From an uncultured Fibrobacter sp. (lineage in GTDB: Bacteria; Fibrobacterota; Fibrobacteria; Fibrobacterales; Fibrobacteraceae), in contig CAZCRF010000006.1 of the NCBI GenBank assembly GCA_964501065.1, forward strand, positions 204 through 64,203: a stretch of DNA of 64,000 bases, written 5' to 3'. Numbering within the stretch: the stretch's first letter is position 1; every line of letters begins with the position of its first letter. The translations under genes were made by a program, and so were the position numbers. Shown here piece by piece: positions 54,667 through 64,000 of the stretch. The notes beneath the pieces were generated by a model that ran no database searches, was not told the DNA's origin, and was given only the letters and a program-made list of their open reading frames with translations.

Positions 54667-56859
54667 ATGAATTTTTTTCGGAGCGGATGCGCGGCGGTAC
54701 TCTTGGCGGTGACTTTTTTGTTCGCGAATGCGGGCGATTCCCCGCAAACTCCGAAAGAAGTCGCGCCGTCGCTGCAATCTTCGCCGAAGACCGTCTTGCA
54801 TTTGGGCGGAGGGCATTATTCCCCTTGGTATTCCCTGGGTGTCCTTTACGCCATTCGCGATTACCGCATTCCCGTGGATTCCGTCGTCGGCGTTTCTTGG
54901 GGAGCCTTTGTCGGCGCACTTTGGAGCGTCGGATTTGAATTGGACGAAATCCAGCGCATTTTGACGGATTCCCTCTTTACGTCCTCTTTGCTCGGCGGGG
55001 ATTCTTTGCCGGAATTCTCGCCCGAACTTCCGATTTCGGCGGTCGGAGCGCCGTCCCTGGCGTTTCGCTTCACGGTCTTCGGGGATTCCCTCGGGTTTGC
55101 GCACTTTCGGAAAAGGGCCTTGACCCCGGATTCTGCGTTTTTGAAAAAGTCCCTGTTGAAGCTTCGCGTCGAGGAAGCCTTGTCGCGCGAAGATTCGCTC
55201 GTCGTCCCGTTTGCCGCCCTTTCTTGCAAGGAGGGGCGCTTGGTGCAGGCATCCGTCCAAGAGACTCTTCCCTATTCCAGGACTTCCGGGGAAAAGTGCC
55301 CGGGAAGCGTTTCCGAAGATTCCCTGCTCCACTTGTTCGTCATTGCTTACCCCGTCCGGGGCGGCTCTCCGCTCGACGATGATTTTGTCGTCGCCGGTTT
55401 TGAAAGCGAACTTTCCCAGATTCGAAGACTCCAGGAGGGGAATCCGAATGGGAGGGCGATTGTCGTCCGTCCGCATTCTGTTGAAAAGGCCTCTCCGCTT
55501 TTTTTGATGCAATCGGGATATTCGGATTTGGAAAAGAAATTGGGGGAGCTTTCCGGATTGTCCGCTAGAAAACGGGAACGCCCTTCGGCGGAGGATTCCA
55601 TCTTGCCTAGGTTCCACATGGAGCCTTCGTTCGATTCTTTGCCATCCGCTTATTTTTCGCACGCGTCGTCCTTTTGGAATGTTTCGGATACGGGGAGGCT
55701 CGCCCCCGAGAACTTTCTGCGGAAAATTTCCGTTTCGCCGTTTTACGATTCTGTCGAGGTGGAGGTGGATTCTGCGGGAAGCGTGCGGGTGCTTGCCGAT
55801 GCGGCGTCGTTCTTTGAACTTCGCGTCGGCGGTTTCGGGTCGAATCTGACGGGTCCCCTGGCCTATGCGGGGTTGGATTTCCGTTATGTGGATCAGTTCG
55901 AATACGCCTTTTCCCTGGAAGGTTTCGCGGGGGAACATTCTTTCGCCGTCCGCCCCGAATTTTCTGTGCGCGGATTGTTCGGCAACCGGGGGAGCTTTTC
56001 CGTCTCGGGGAATGTTTCGAAGGTGGAGCCTCTGAAAGGATATTTTTCCGATTTGCCCGAGGATCTCAAAATCCTGAGGTTGCGTACAAACGATTTGGAC
56101 GTGGCTTTCCTTTTCCGGGATTCTCTCGCGGATTTTCGTATCGGAGTCCTTTTGCAGTCCTTTGACTTCAGGACGTCGCTCGCGGAAGACGGGGAGGACA
56201 TGCACGTCAACACGTTGATTCCGGAGTGTTCGTTTGTACGGAATCGCGGCGGGTTTGAAGAATGGTTCGGCGGAAGCGGTTATCATCTGGGCGGGAGTTT
56301 CGGATTCCGATCGGTCAACTTGACAGCGGACGGCGTGGGGACCGCCCCTCTTTATGTTTCTTCGACGGTGGATGGGGCTTTTGAATTCTCTCCCGTGCGC
56401 TTTTTGGCTTTGGGCTTCGGCGCTGTCGGCGGCGTGAACATCCGGAGGGAATCGGGGGAAGGCTACGAATATCCCGCGACTCTGGGAATTTTCCCGGAAG
56501 AGCCGGACAAGGCCGTGGACAATTACTTCCGCTTGCACGCTCCGCTTTCCCCGTGGACTTCGGGCTGGAACTTTGCCGAAACCAGTTCGCACCATTACGG
56601 CGCGTTTCGGGCGAGCGTCGGTTTGCACGGCGAAAGGCTAGGCCTTTGGGCGTTCGCCGCCTACATGCGGGACTTCGAAGAGAATCCGTTCATTCCCCTT
56701 GACGCGGACAGGTTCCTCTTCGAACCCCTTTGCCGCTTCGCTTTTCGCTCCATCGACATCCGACTCGGGATGAGCCGCCTCGTTTCCCTTTCCGAATGGT
56801 CATCCCTTCTGGATTTTGGCGATTACAATTACTTCTTCCAAGTCGGCGCGAATTGGTGA
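54667..56859 (+). CDS. Patatin-like domain fused to an outer-membrane beta-barrel (PlpD/type Vd-like)
   Basis: Signal peptide. LHLGGG, GVSWGAFVGALW (GxSxG), amphipathic strands and terminal YFFQVGANW beta-signal. Confidence 0.75.
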   Translation: MNFFRSGCAAVLLAVTFLFANAGDSPQTPKEVAPSLQSSPKTVLHLGGGHYSPWYSLGVLYAIRDYRIPVDSVVGVSWGAFVGALWSVGFELDEIQRILTDSLFTSSLLGGDSLPEFSPELPISAVGAPSLAFRFTVFGDSLGFAHFRKRALTPDSAFLKKSLLKLRVEEALSREDSLVVPFAALSCKEGRLVQASVQETLPYSRTSGEKCPGSVSEDSLLHLFVIAYPVRGGSPLDDDFVVAGFESELSQIRRLQEGNPNGRAIVVRPHSVEKASPLFLMQSGYSDLEKKLGELSGLSARKRERPSAEDSILPRFHMEPSFDSLPSAYFSHASSFWNVSDTGRLAPENFLRKISVSPFYDSVEVEVDSAGSVRVLADAASFFELRVGGFGSNLTGPLAYAGLDFRYVDQFEYAFSLEGFAGEHSFAVRPEFSVRGLFGNRGSFSVSGNVSKVEPLKGYFSDLPEDLKILRLRTNDLDVAFLFRDSLADFRIGVLLQSFDFRTSLAEDGEDMHVNTLIPECSFVRNRGGFEEWFGGSGYHLGGSFGFRSVNLTADGVGTAPLYVSSTVDGAFEFSPVRFLALGFGAVGGVNIRRESGEGYEYPATLGIFPEEPDKAVDNYFRLHAPLSPWTSGWNFAETSSHHYGAFRASVGLHGERLGLWAFAAYMRDFEENPFIPLDADRFLFEPLCRFAFRSIDIRLGMSRLVSLSEWSSLLDFGDYNYFFQVGANW

Positions 56860-56932
56860 CGGGGAGAATCTTTTTATATTTTCCGCGTCCTTTTTTTTTG
56901 GCGGCCGCTTCGTGCCGTTTGGAGTTTGCGGT

Positions 56933-58861
56933 ATGCGCTTTCTTTCGACTGACGTTTGCTTCTTTTTTTGCGCGGTCATTCTCCTCGTCTGCAATGCCGT
57001 TTATTATTATGCGCGCAAGCTCCCCCAGAAGGATTTCAGCAAGATTTTCGAGTTGATGCTCTTCAATCTGCTCGCGACGTCGATTTGCGCGCTCGGGGCG
57101 AACTTGCTGGATCCCCTGACGTCGCCCCGGATGAATGCGTTCAACGTGCTGCAACAAATTTTTCAGACGCTTTATTTCGCCCTCCATGCGTTGCTCGCTC
57201 CGCTATTCGCCCTTTATGTCGTCATGGTGAACAATTCGGACGAAATCCGCACGAAGAAGTCCGCCCTCTTCTTCCTCACCCCGGCGTTCTTGCTCGAAAT
57301 TTTCGTATTCACGAATCCGTTCACCGGGCTGGTCTTCTATTACGAGGACAACGTCGTTTTCCGCCGAGGCCCGCTCGAACTCTTGATTTACGCCGAAGCG
57401 GCCGGCTACGTCTTCTTTGCCGTGCAACAGCTGATTGTTTCCCGGAGGATGTTCTCGAAGACGGTTTCGGTCGCACTCTGGTTCTTCGTCGGGTGCAGTC
57501 TCGTCGGGGTGCTCGTACAGTTCGCGTTCATCTGGTTCAAGCTGGAATTGTTCCTGGAGGCGGTTTCCCTCTGGGGCGTTCTTTTGCTCGTGGAGATGGA
57601 GAACTTGCAGACGGATGCCGCCACGGGCGTTTACAACCGGCAGATGTTCCTCGCGGAGACGGAACGCCTCATCCGCGGCAAGCGGAAGTTCATGGTGGTG
57701 GTCATCACCCTTTCGAACTTCAAGAATTTCTTGAGGATGTTCCGCAACGAGGATTTGGAAGAAGTCGTCAAGACCATCGTCGATTGGATTTCGGAAAATT
57801 CGAAGGGAATCGTCTATCGGATAGCCCAGAACAAGATTGCGGTCGTCACGTCCAGGGACCGCCGCGTTTGCGAGGAGTTCGCCGCCAGATTCCGGATGAT
57901 GATGCTCCACCGCGGACGGATATTGAAAAACGTCTCGCTCCCCATCGGCGCGACCGTCGCGATAGTCCGCGTTCCCGAAGAAATCCGCAGTCCGGAAATG
58001 CTGGTCGAATTGGGCGAATCGGAACGGGATGCGGGAGTCGAGTCCGGCGTCACCATCCATCGGGAAGAGGACATCGAACAGGTCCGTTTCCGCGCCGAAG
58101 TGGAACGCCTGTTGAACGAGGCAATCCAGAACGAGAGCTTTGAAGTGCATTTCCAGCCGATTTGGAATTCGGAGACATCCACGTTCGACTGCGCGGAGGC
58201 CTTGGTGCGCCTGTCCAGCCCGGAGTTCGGGAACATTCCGCCGGACAAGTTCATCCCCATCGCCGAACGGAACGGGATGATTTCCGACATCGGGCGCATC
58301 GTCTTTGAAAAGGTTTGCCGGTTCTTGCAGCGCGAACGCCCGGAACGGTTCGGGTTGAAGTGCGTCGAAGTCAACTTGAGCGTTTACCAGCTCTATGCGG
58401 AAAATACGGACGTCCTGTTCCGGAGCATCATGGAAAAGTACGGGATTCCGCCCGAACGCATCAATTTGGAAATCACGGAATCCGCCCCTTTCCGGGAAAA
58501 CGGCACGGTGCGGGAGCGCATCAAGAATTTGGCGGACATGGGCGTTTCCTTTTCCCTGGACGATTTCGGCACGGGTTATTCGAACTTGCTCCAGTTGGTG
58601 CAAAACGATTTCAAGAACATCAAGTTGGATAAGGGACTTTTGGATTCGGCCGCCGAAAATTCGGGGACGTTGCTGGTCGAAATCATCAACATCATCCGCA
58701 AGCTCCGTTTTGACGTCGTCCAGGAAGGAGTCGAAACGAAAGACCAGCTCGAGCTGGTCTTGAAAGCGGGGGCGAACCGGATTCAGGGATTTTACTTCTC
58801 GAAGCCGGTTTGCGAAAGTGAACTGTTGGAATTCTTGAAGGTGCGGAATCCCGTCGCCTGA
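56933..58861 (+). CDS. Multi-TM EAL-domain c-di-GMP phosphodiesterase with degenerate GGDEF domain
   Basis: About 7 TMs. DAATGVYNR with GGDEF replaced by AQNKI. EALVRL, VNLS, LEITES, DDFGTGYSNL, IKLDK, QEGVET and IQGFYFSKP. Confidence 0.92.
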   Translation: MRFLSTDVCFFFCAVILLVCNAVYYYARKLPQKDFSKIFELMLFNLLATSICALGANLLDPLTSPRMNAFNVLQQIFQTLYFALHALLAPLFALYVVMVNNSDEIRTKKSALFFLTPAFLLEIFVFTNPFTGLVFYYEDNVVFRRGPLELLIYAEAAGYVFFAVQQLIVSRRMFSKTVSVALWFFVGCSLVGVLVQFAFIWFKLELFLEAVSLWGVLLLVEMENLQTDAATGVYNRQMFLAETERLIRGKRKFMVVVITLSNFKNFLRMFRNEDLEEVVKTIVDWISENSKGIVYRIAQNKIAVVTSRDRRVCEEFAARFRMMMLHRGRILKNVSLPIGATVAIVRVPEEIRSPEMLVELGESERDAGVESGVTIHREEDIEQVRFRAEVERLLNEAIQNESFEVHFQPIWNSETSTFDCAEALVRLSSPEFGNIPPDKFIPIAERNGMISDIGRIVFEKVCRFLQRERPERFGLKCVEVNLSVYQLYAENTDVLFRSIMEKYGIPPERINLEITESAPFRENGTVRERIKNLADMGVSFSLDDFGTGYSNLLQLVQNDFKNIKLDKGLLDSAAENSGTLLVEIINIIRKLRFDVVQEGVETKDQLELVLKAGANRIQGFYFSKPVCESELLEFLKVRNPVA

Positions 58862-58862
58862 A

Positions 58863-60053
58863 TCAAGCCTTGGAGAGCTTTTTCAATTGGGCGGTCTTGT
58901 CCGTCTTTTCCCACGTGAAGCGTTTCCCGGAGCGGCCGAAATGGCCGAGGGCTGCCGTCGCCGCATAGCCCGGAGTCTTCAATTGGAGCATCTCCACGAT
59001 TCCGGCGGGAGTCAGGTCGAAAGTCTCCTTCACGATTGTCTCGATTTTCGAATCGGGGATTTTCCCCGTGCCGAAGGTGCGCACTAGGACGGAAACGGGC
59101 TTGGAGTACCCGATTGCGTAGGAGAGCTGCACTTCGCACCGGTCTGCAAGCTTCGCCGCGACGATGTTTTTTGCGACATACCGGGCGGCATAAGCCCCGG
59201 ACCTGTCCACCTTGGAGGGATCCTTTCCGCTGAACGCTCCGCCGCCGTGACGGCCCATTCCACCGTAAGTGTCGACGATGATTTTTCGCCCGGTGAGTCC
59301 GCAGTCTCCGTGGGGGCCGCCGACCACGAACTTCCCCGTCGGGTTCACCAGGAAGCGCGTCTTCTTGTCGAGCAGGTTTGCCGGGATGACCTTTTTCACC
59401 AGCTCTTCGACAATCGTCTTCTCGATCTGCTTGTGGGTGAGGGGCTTGCCCTTGACGTCGGGGTCGTGTTGCGTGCTGATGACGACCGTGTCGACGCGGA
59501 CGGGATGGTCGTTCTCGTCGTATTCCACGGTCACTTGGCTTTTGGCGTCAGGGCGAAGCCATTTGATTTTCCCGGATTCGCGGAGTTCCTGGAGCTTCGC
59601 CATGAGCTTGTGGGAAAGGGAAATCGGGAGAGGCATCAGTTCCGGAGTCTCGTTCACGGCGTATCCGAACATCATTCCCTGGTCTCCCGCGCCTTGTCCG
59701 TCGTCGCTCTTGCCTTCCGCCTTGACCGTGTCGACTCCTTGGGCGATGTCCGGGGATTGCTTGTCGACCGCCACGATGACCGCGCAGCTGTCCGCGTCGA
59801 AGCCTAGCCCCGGATGGTCGTAGCCGATGTCCCGGATGGTGTCCCGTGCGATGGACTGGTAATCGAGGTCCGCCTTGGTCGTGATTTCGCCGGAGATGAC
59901 GACTAGACCCGTGTTCACGAGAGTTTCGCAGGCGACGCGGCTGTCCTTGTCCTGCTTGAGCGCGGCATCCAGGATGGCGTCCGAGATTTGATCCGCCACC
60001 TTGTCGGGGTGGCCCTTGGAAACGGATTCCGAAGTGAAGAGGTAATGAGCCAT
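58863..60053 (-). CDS. metK: S-adenosylmethionine synthetase
   Basis: [36 protein letters not shown] and GHFGR. Start at ATG 60053. Confidence 0.98.
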   Translation of the reverse strand: MAHYLFTSESVSKGHPDKVADQISDAILDAALKQDKDSRVACETLVNTGLVVISGEITTKADLDYQSIARDTIRDIGYDHPGLGFDADSCAVIVAVDKQSPDIAQGVDTVKAEGKSDDGQGAGDQGMMFGYAVNETPELMPLPISLSHKLMAKLQELRESGKIKWLRPDAKSQVTVEYDENDHPVRVDTVVISTQHDPDVKGKPLTHKQIEKTIVEELVKKVIPANLLDKKTRFLVNPTGKFVVGGPHGDCGLTGRKIIVDTYGGMGRHGGGAFSGKDPSKVDRSGAYAARYVAKNIVAAKLADRCEVQLSYAIGYSKPVSVLVRTFGTGKIPDSKIETIVKETFDLTPAGIVEMLQLKTPGYAATAALGHFGRSGKRFTWEKTDKTAQLKKLSKA

Positions 60054-60109
60054 GGAAATATTCCTTGAGTTCTGTCCCGCGGGGCCTTGGCGAATCCTCG
60101 GCTTCCGCG

Positions 60110-60140
60110 AAAACGCGTTTTGTTTATGCATAAATCTAGA
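60110..60140. promoter_or_regulatory. Stacked perfect palindromes in the divergent metK/Nif3 promoter region
   Basis: AAAACGCGTTTT (60110-60121), TTTATGCATAAA (60123-60134) and TCTAGA (60135-60140). Confidence 0.4.
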
Positions 60141-60186
60141 AAAGCGCATAGAATCTGGCAACGGTACTTTTTCCCTCCGGAAGTTG

Positions 60187-60194
60187 TAAATTGG
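60187..60194 (+). promoter_or_regulatory. Putative -7-like element TAAATTGG, 4 nt before the Nif3 ATG
   Basis: TAAATTGG-GCGC-ATG with no SD. One mismatch to TAnnTTTG. Confidence 0.45.
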
Positions 60195-60198
60195 GCGC

Positions 60199-60960
60199 AT
60201 GGAATTACGGGATTTTTCGAAATGGCTCGATGACTTGCTCCATCCGGAGAAGTTTCGGGATTTTTGCGTCGATGGGCTTTGCGTCGAGGCTGCCGACAGG
60301 GTGACGAAGGTCGTGACGGGGGTGAGTTTCCGGAACAGCCTGATAGACGCCGCCGTCGAGGAAGGGGCGGACTGCATTCTGGTGCACCACCCGAATGGAT
60401 TCTGGAACGGCGAAAAGAGACTTCCCGTGGGGAACTTCGCCTCCCGGCTGCGCAAGCTCTTCGTGAACGGCATCTCCCTTTACGGCTACCATTTGCCGCT
60501 GGACGGCCATCCGGAAGTCGGGAACAACGCTTTGATAGCGAAGGCTTTGGGAATGAAAATCGTCGAAGGGTTCATGGTGGAAGGGGAGGCACCCGTCGGA
60601 TATGTCGCGGAATTCGACAGGGGATTTTCAAGGGGGGGGTTCCTGGCCGCCGCAGAAAGGGCTTTCGCCCACGGCATCCAGAACGCCTTTTGGCACGGGC
60701 CGGAAGAAATCCGCCGCGTGGCGATTTGCAGCGGGAGCGGGGCCGGCGGAATCGAGGAATCCCTGGAACTCGGATGCGACGCTTTCGTCACCGGGGAAAT
60801 CAAGGAATCCGTTCCCATCCTCTGCGAAGAATTGGGAGTGAACTTGCTCTGCTGCGGGCACCATCGGACGGAAATCTTCGGAGTCCGCGCCTTGGCGGAA
60901 AAAATCCGGAACGATTTGGGCATCGAGGCGAAGTTCATCGATATCGACAATCCGATTTGA
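60199..60960 (+). CDS. Nif3-like dinuclear metal center hexameric protein
   Basis: [40 protein letters not shown] and GHHRTE. Confidence 0.93.
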   Translation: MELRDFSKWLDDLLHPEKFRDFCVDGLCVEAADRVTKVVTGVSFRNSLIDAAVEEGADCILVHHPNGFWNGEKRLPVGNFASRLRKLFVNGISLYGYHLPLDGHPEVGNNALIAKALGMKIVEGFMVEGEAPVGYVAEFDRGFSRGGFLAAAERAFAHGIQNAFWHGPEEIRRVAICSGSGAGGIEESLELGCDAFVTGEIKESVPILCEELGVNLLCCGHHRTEIFGVRALAEKIRNDLGIEAKFIDIDNPI

Positions 60961-61047
60961 CATTCTGAATTCCGCATTCGCCGCATTCTGCCGTGTTCCG
61001 AGGAACAAAATTTTCTAAGTTTCGGGAAAAATAAAGGATTTGAAAAG

Positions 61048-63480
61048 ATGAAAGTTTCGTTGAATTGGCTGCGCCGCCACGTCGATCTTCCGGAATCTGC
61101 CGAGGACGTGTCGCGGGCGTTGACGTCTGTCGGCCTCGAAGTGGAAGGAATGGACGAACCCGCGAAACGGTATGAAAAGCTCGTGGTGGCGAAGGTGCTC
61201 ACCTGCGAAGCGCACCCGGACAGCGACCATTTGCACGTGACGACAGTCGATGACGGGAAGGAAACTTTGCAAGTCGTTTGCGGAGCGCCGAATGTCGCTG
61301 CCGGCCAGACCGTGGTGCTCGCTCCCATCGGAGCGGAACTCCCGCTTCCCGACGGCAAGACCTTGAAAATGAAAAAGTCCAAAATTCGCGGAGTCGAAAG
61401 TTTCGGCATGATTTGCGCCGAAGACGAAATCGGGCTTTCCGACGACCACGGGGGAATTCTCGTGTTGGACGATTCCGTTCCCGCAGGGACTCCGATCACG
61501 TCCCTGGGGCTTTACGACGCGACTTTCGAATTGAACGTGACGCCGAATCGCCCGGACGCCCTTTCTCACCGCGGCGTCGCCCGGGAACTCGCGGCAAAGT
61601 TCGGCCGCCCGCTGAAGCCCCTCGCTTTTGATTTGAAGGTGGATGCTTCAAAGGACGCGTCTTCTGCGATGAAGCTCTCCGTGGAGCCCGGGACGGGATG
61701 CTCCCGCTATGTCGGGAGAGTCGTCGAAGGGGTGAAGGTCGGGCCTTCGCCGAAATGGCTTTCCCGCTTGCTCCGTTCCATCGGGATGAATTCCGTGAAC
61801 AATGTCGTCGATGTGACGAATTTCGTCTTGATGGACATCGGACAGCCTCTCCACAGTTTCGACATGGCGAAGCTCTCCGGTGCAGAGGTCGTCGTCCGCC
61901 GTGCAAGGCCCGGAGAAAAGATTGAAACTCTCGACCACAAGGAGCACGAGCTTTCCCCGGAAGATTTGGTGATTTGCGACGGGGACAAGCCCTCTTGCGT
62001 CGCCGGGGTGATGGGCGGCGTCGAAAGTGAAATCACGGATGCGACGGAAAACGTTTTCTTGGAAAGCGCGTGGTTTCGCCCGGCTGTCGTCCGCAGGCAG
62101 GCGCACCGCCTCTGCACTTCGACGGATTCGAGCTTCCGGTTCGAGCGGGGAATCGACTATTCCATGCAGCGATTGGCCGACGATTACGCCTGCGCCTTGA
62201 TCCAGGAAGTCGCCGGGGGAAAGGTGCTTTCGGGGACGGTCGAATACACGGGCGACGACCACCAAAAGGAACCTCTCGTGGTGACTCTCCGCGCGGCCCG
62301 TGTGGAAAAGGTCTTGGGAATTTCCCCGTCCGAGGAGGAAATTGTCCGCTACTTGACGGGAATCGGCCTTGAACATCTGGGGAGCATGGCTTTTAAAATT
62401 CCGCCCTACCGCCCGGACTTGGAACGCGAAGTCGATTTGATCGAAGAAGTGGCGCGTTTGGTCGGCTTCGACAATATCCCCTATGACGTCCCTTCCTTCA
62501 AGATTTGCCCGAACGACTTGCCCGCGGAGGAGATTCTCGGCCGCAAGATTCGCTACACCCTTTCCGCTTTGGGACTTCATGAATGCATTTCGCTCCGCTT
62601 CACCAGTGCCGCGAGCACGAGAAGCGTTTTCGGGGAGCCTTCGGATGCGGATCCGCGTTCCCGTCCGGCGAAACTCTTGAATCCCCTTTCCGAAGACCTC
62701 GGGTGCGTGCCGACATCCCTGATTCCGATTCTCCTCAAGTCCGTTGCGGACAATGAAAAGAACCGCCCGGGCTCCGTTCGCCTTTTTGAAAACGGGAAAG
62801 CGCAGTTCCAGAATGCGGAACGGAAGGATATTCGGGATTCCGGTTTCACGGAAAAGCCCGTCCTTTGCGCCGTTATCGCGGGGCAGCAAAAAACCGAAGC
62901 CTTGGACGACAAACCGCGCGAGGTCGAATTCGCCGACATCAAGGGTTTGGCAGTCGCCCTGTTCAAGCGTCTGGGCATCGCCGTCGAAACGCGCGCGCCA
63001 GCCGTCCCCGAAAAATTCCTGCACCCCGGGAAACAGGCTGTATTGGCGTCCGGCGACACGGTGTTCGGCTCGATCGGCGTCGTCCACCCGTCCGTCCTCG
63101 AAAGTTTCGGCATCGGTTACGCGACAGCCCTGTTCGAAGTCGACTTGGAAAAGGTCCAGAACGCCCGTGAACGGAAGACTCTCTTCAAGCCGTTCAGCAG
63201 GCAGGTCTTTATGACCCGGGACGTTTCCGTGCAAGTTCCCGAGCGCATGGAGAACGGGACCGTCCTCGAGAAATTCAAGGCCATCAAGGTCAAGAATCTT
63301 TCCCGCGTGGAACTCAAGAGCGTCTATCGGGGAATCGGCGTCTTGCCCGGCAAGAAGAACATGGTCTACACATTCATCTACCAGTCCATGACGGAGACTC
63401 TCACGGACGAAGCGGTGAACAAGGCTCACGAAAAACTTCGGGAAAGGCTTTCCGCCGACGCGGAAATCATCCTTCGCTAG
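61048..63480 (+). CDS. pheT: Phenylalanine--tRNA ligase beta subunit
   Basis: [47 protein letters not shown] and [15 protein letters not shown]-terminal FDX-ACB domain. Confidence 0.97.
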   Translation: MKVSLNWLRRHVDLPESAEDVSRALTSVGLEVEGMDEPAKRYEKLVVAKVLTCEAHPDSDHLHVTTVDDGKETLQVVCGAPNVAAGQTVVLAPIGAELPLPDGKTLKMKKSKIRGVESFGMICAEDEIGLSDDHGGILVLDDSVPAGTPITSLGLYDATFELNVTPNRPDALSHRGVARELAAKFGRPLKPLAFDLKVDASKDASSAMKLSVEPGTGCSRYVGRVVEGVKVGPSPKWLSRLLRSIGMNSVNNVVDVTNFVLMDIGQPLHSFDMAKLSGAEVVVRRARPGEKIETLDHKEHELSPEDLVICDGDKPSCVAGVMGGVESEITDATENVFLESAWFRPAVVRRQAHRLCTSTDSSFRFERGIDYSMQRLADDYACALIQEVAGGKVLSGTVEYTGDDHQKEPLVVTLRAARVEKVLGISPSEEEIVRYLTGIGLEHLGSMAFKIPPYRPDLEREVDLIEEVARLVGFDNIPYDVPSFKICPNDLPAEEILGRKIRYTLSALGLHECISLRFTSAASTRSVFGEPSDADPRSRPAKLLNPLSEDLGCVPTSLIPILLKSVADNEKNRPGSVRLFENGKAQFQNAERKDIRDSGFTEKPVLCAVIAGQQKTEALDDKPREVEFADIKGLAVALFKRLGIAVETRAPAVPEKFLHPGKQAVLASGDTVFGSIGVVHPSVLESFGIGYATALFEVDLEKVQNARERKTLFKPFSRQVFMTRDVSVQVPERMENGTVLEKFKAIKVKNLSRVELKSVYRGIGVLPGKKNMVYTFIYQSMTETLTDEAVNKAHEKLRERLSADAEIILR

Positions 63481-63490
63481 GGAGCGTTTC

Positions 63491-64000
63491 ATGGCTTACG
63501 TGGCAATGGCTAGAAAGTGGCGACCGGAATCCTTCAAGGATTTGGTCGGGCAGGAGCATATCGCGAAGACGATTGAAAATGCGATCGTCGGAGGCCGTCT
63601 GCATCATGCGTTCCTTTTCACGGGGACGCGCGGAGTCGGGAAGACTACGTCGGCCAGAATCCTTGCGAAGACGTTGAATTGCACGGGAGGCGATCCGCTA
63701 GTGCCCTGCGGCAAATGCAAAAGCTGCTTGGACATCGCGAGCGGGCATCCGATGGACGTGATTGAAATCGACGCGGCGTCGAACACGGGCGTCGACAACA
63801 TCCGGGAGCTTTTGGAGCAGACCCAGTACACGCCGATGATCGGCAAGTACAAGGTGTTCGTGATAGACGAAGTCCACATGCTTTCGAAGGGGGCTTTCAA
63901 CGCACTCCTCAAGACTCTCGAAGAACCGCCGCCGCATGTGATTTTCATCTTCGCGACGACCGAAGTCAACAAGGTCCCCCAGACGATTCTTTCGCGCGTG
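63491..64000 (+). CDS. dnaX: DNA polymerase III subunit gamma/tau (partial, runs off the window)
   Basis: My translation from ATG 63491: [23 protein letters not shown]...[18 protein letters not shown]...[10 protein letters not shown]...VIDEVHMLS. Not in the ORF track because it has no stop. Confidence 0.96.
   Translation, partial: MAYVAMARKWRPESFKDLVGQEHIAKTIENAIVGGRLHHAFLFTGTRGVGKTTSARILAKTLNCTGGDPLVPCGKCKSCLDIASGHPMDVIEIDAASNTGVDNIRELLEQTQYTPMIGKYKVFVIDEVHMLSKGAFNALLKTLEEPPPHVIFIFATTEVNKVPQTILSRV

Noticed and set aside
60054-60198. SAM riboswitch upstream of metK
   Set aside because: I could not find SAM-I or SAM-II core sequences on the coding strand. An Infernal search would be decisive.

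Overview
A 64 kb, gene-dense, GC-rich bacterial chromosomal segment, most likely from Fibrobacterota/Fibrobacteraceae. This is inferred from the Fibrobacter-type surface proteins, a PorV/PorQ-family gene and T9SS-like C-terminal domains. Most of it is housekeeping or envelope biology: comEC, hisI-tilS-ftsH-folP-cdaA, murD, bioD, xerC, bamD, lptF/lptG, tadA, metK, pheT and a partial dnaX. I found no rRNA, tRNA, CRISPR array, transposase or phage module. The top finding is a translationally coupled four-gene block at 35400-39399. It has the architecture and motifs of a divergent Zorya type III-like system: DUF3348-like, long-tailed MotA-like ZorA, OmpA/MotB-like ZorB with the TM Asp, and DUF2894-like. 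It appears co-transcribed with two extra exported proteins and sits in a non-mobile housekeeping context. Other notable items: (1) a recurring TAnnTT(T/G)(G/T) box exactly 4 nt before five start codons, suggesting leaderless mRNAs; (2) a GGGP-synthase-family gene; (3) two degenerate PilT-like ATPases, one with an MshEN-like domain, behind a PilH/PilI-like ABC pair; (4) a patatin-barrel protein lacking its DGG motif; (5) a modular PL1 pectate lyase; (6) two giant paralogous surface proteins, one with a 39-bp x5 tandem repeat. All family assignments come from motif recognition by eye and memory, with no database search. Several starts were moved downstream of the ORF-track start.
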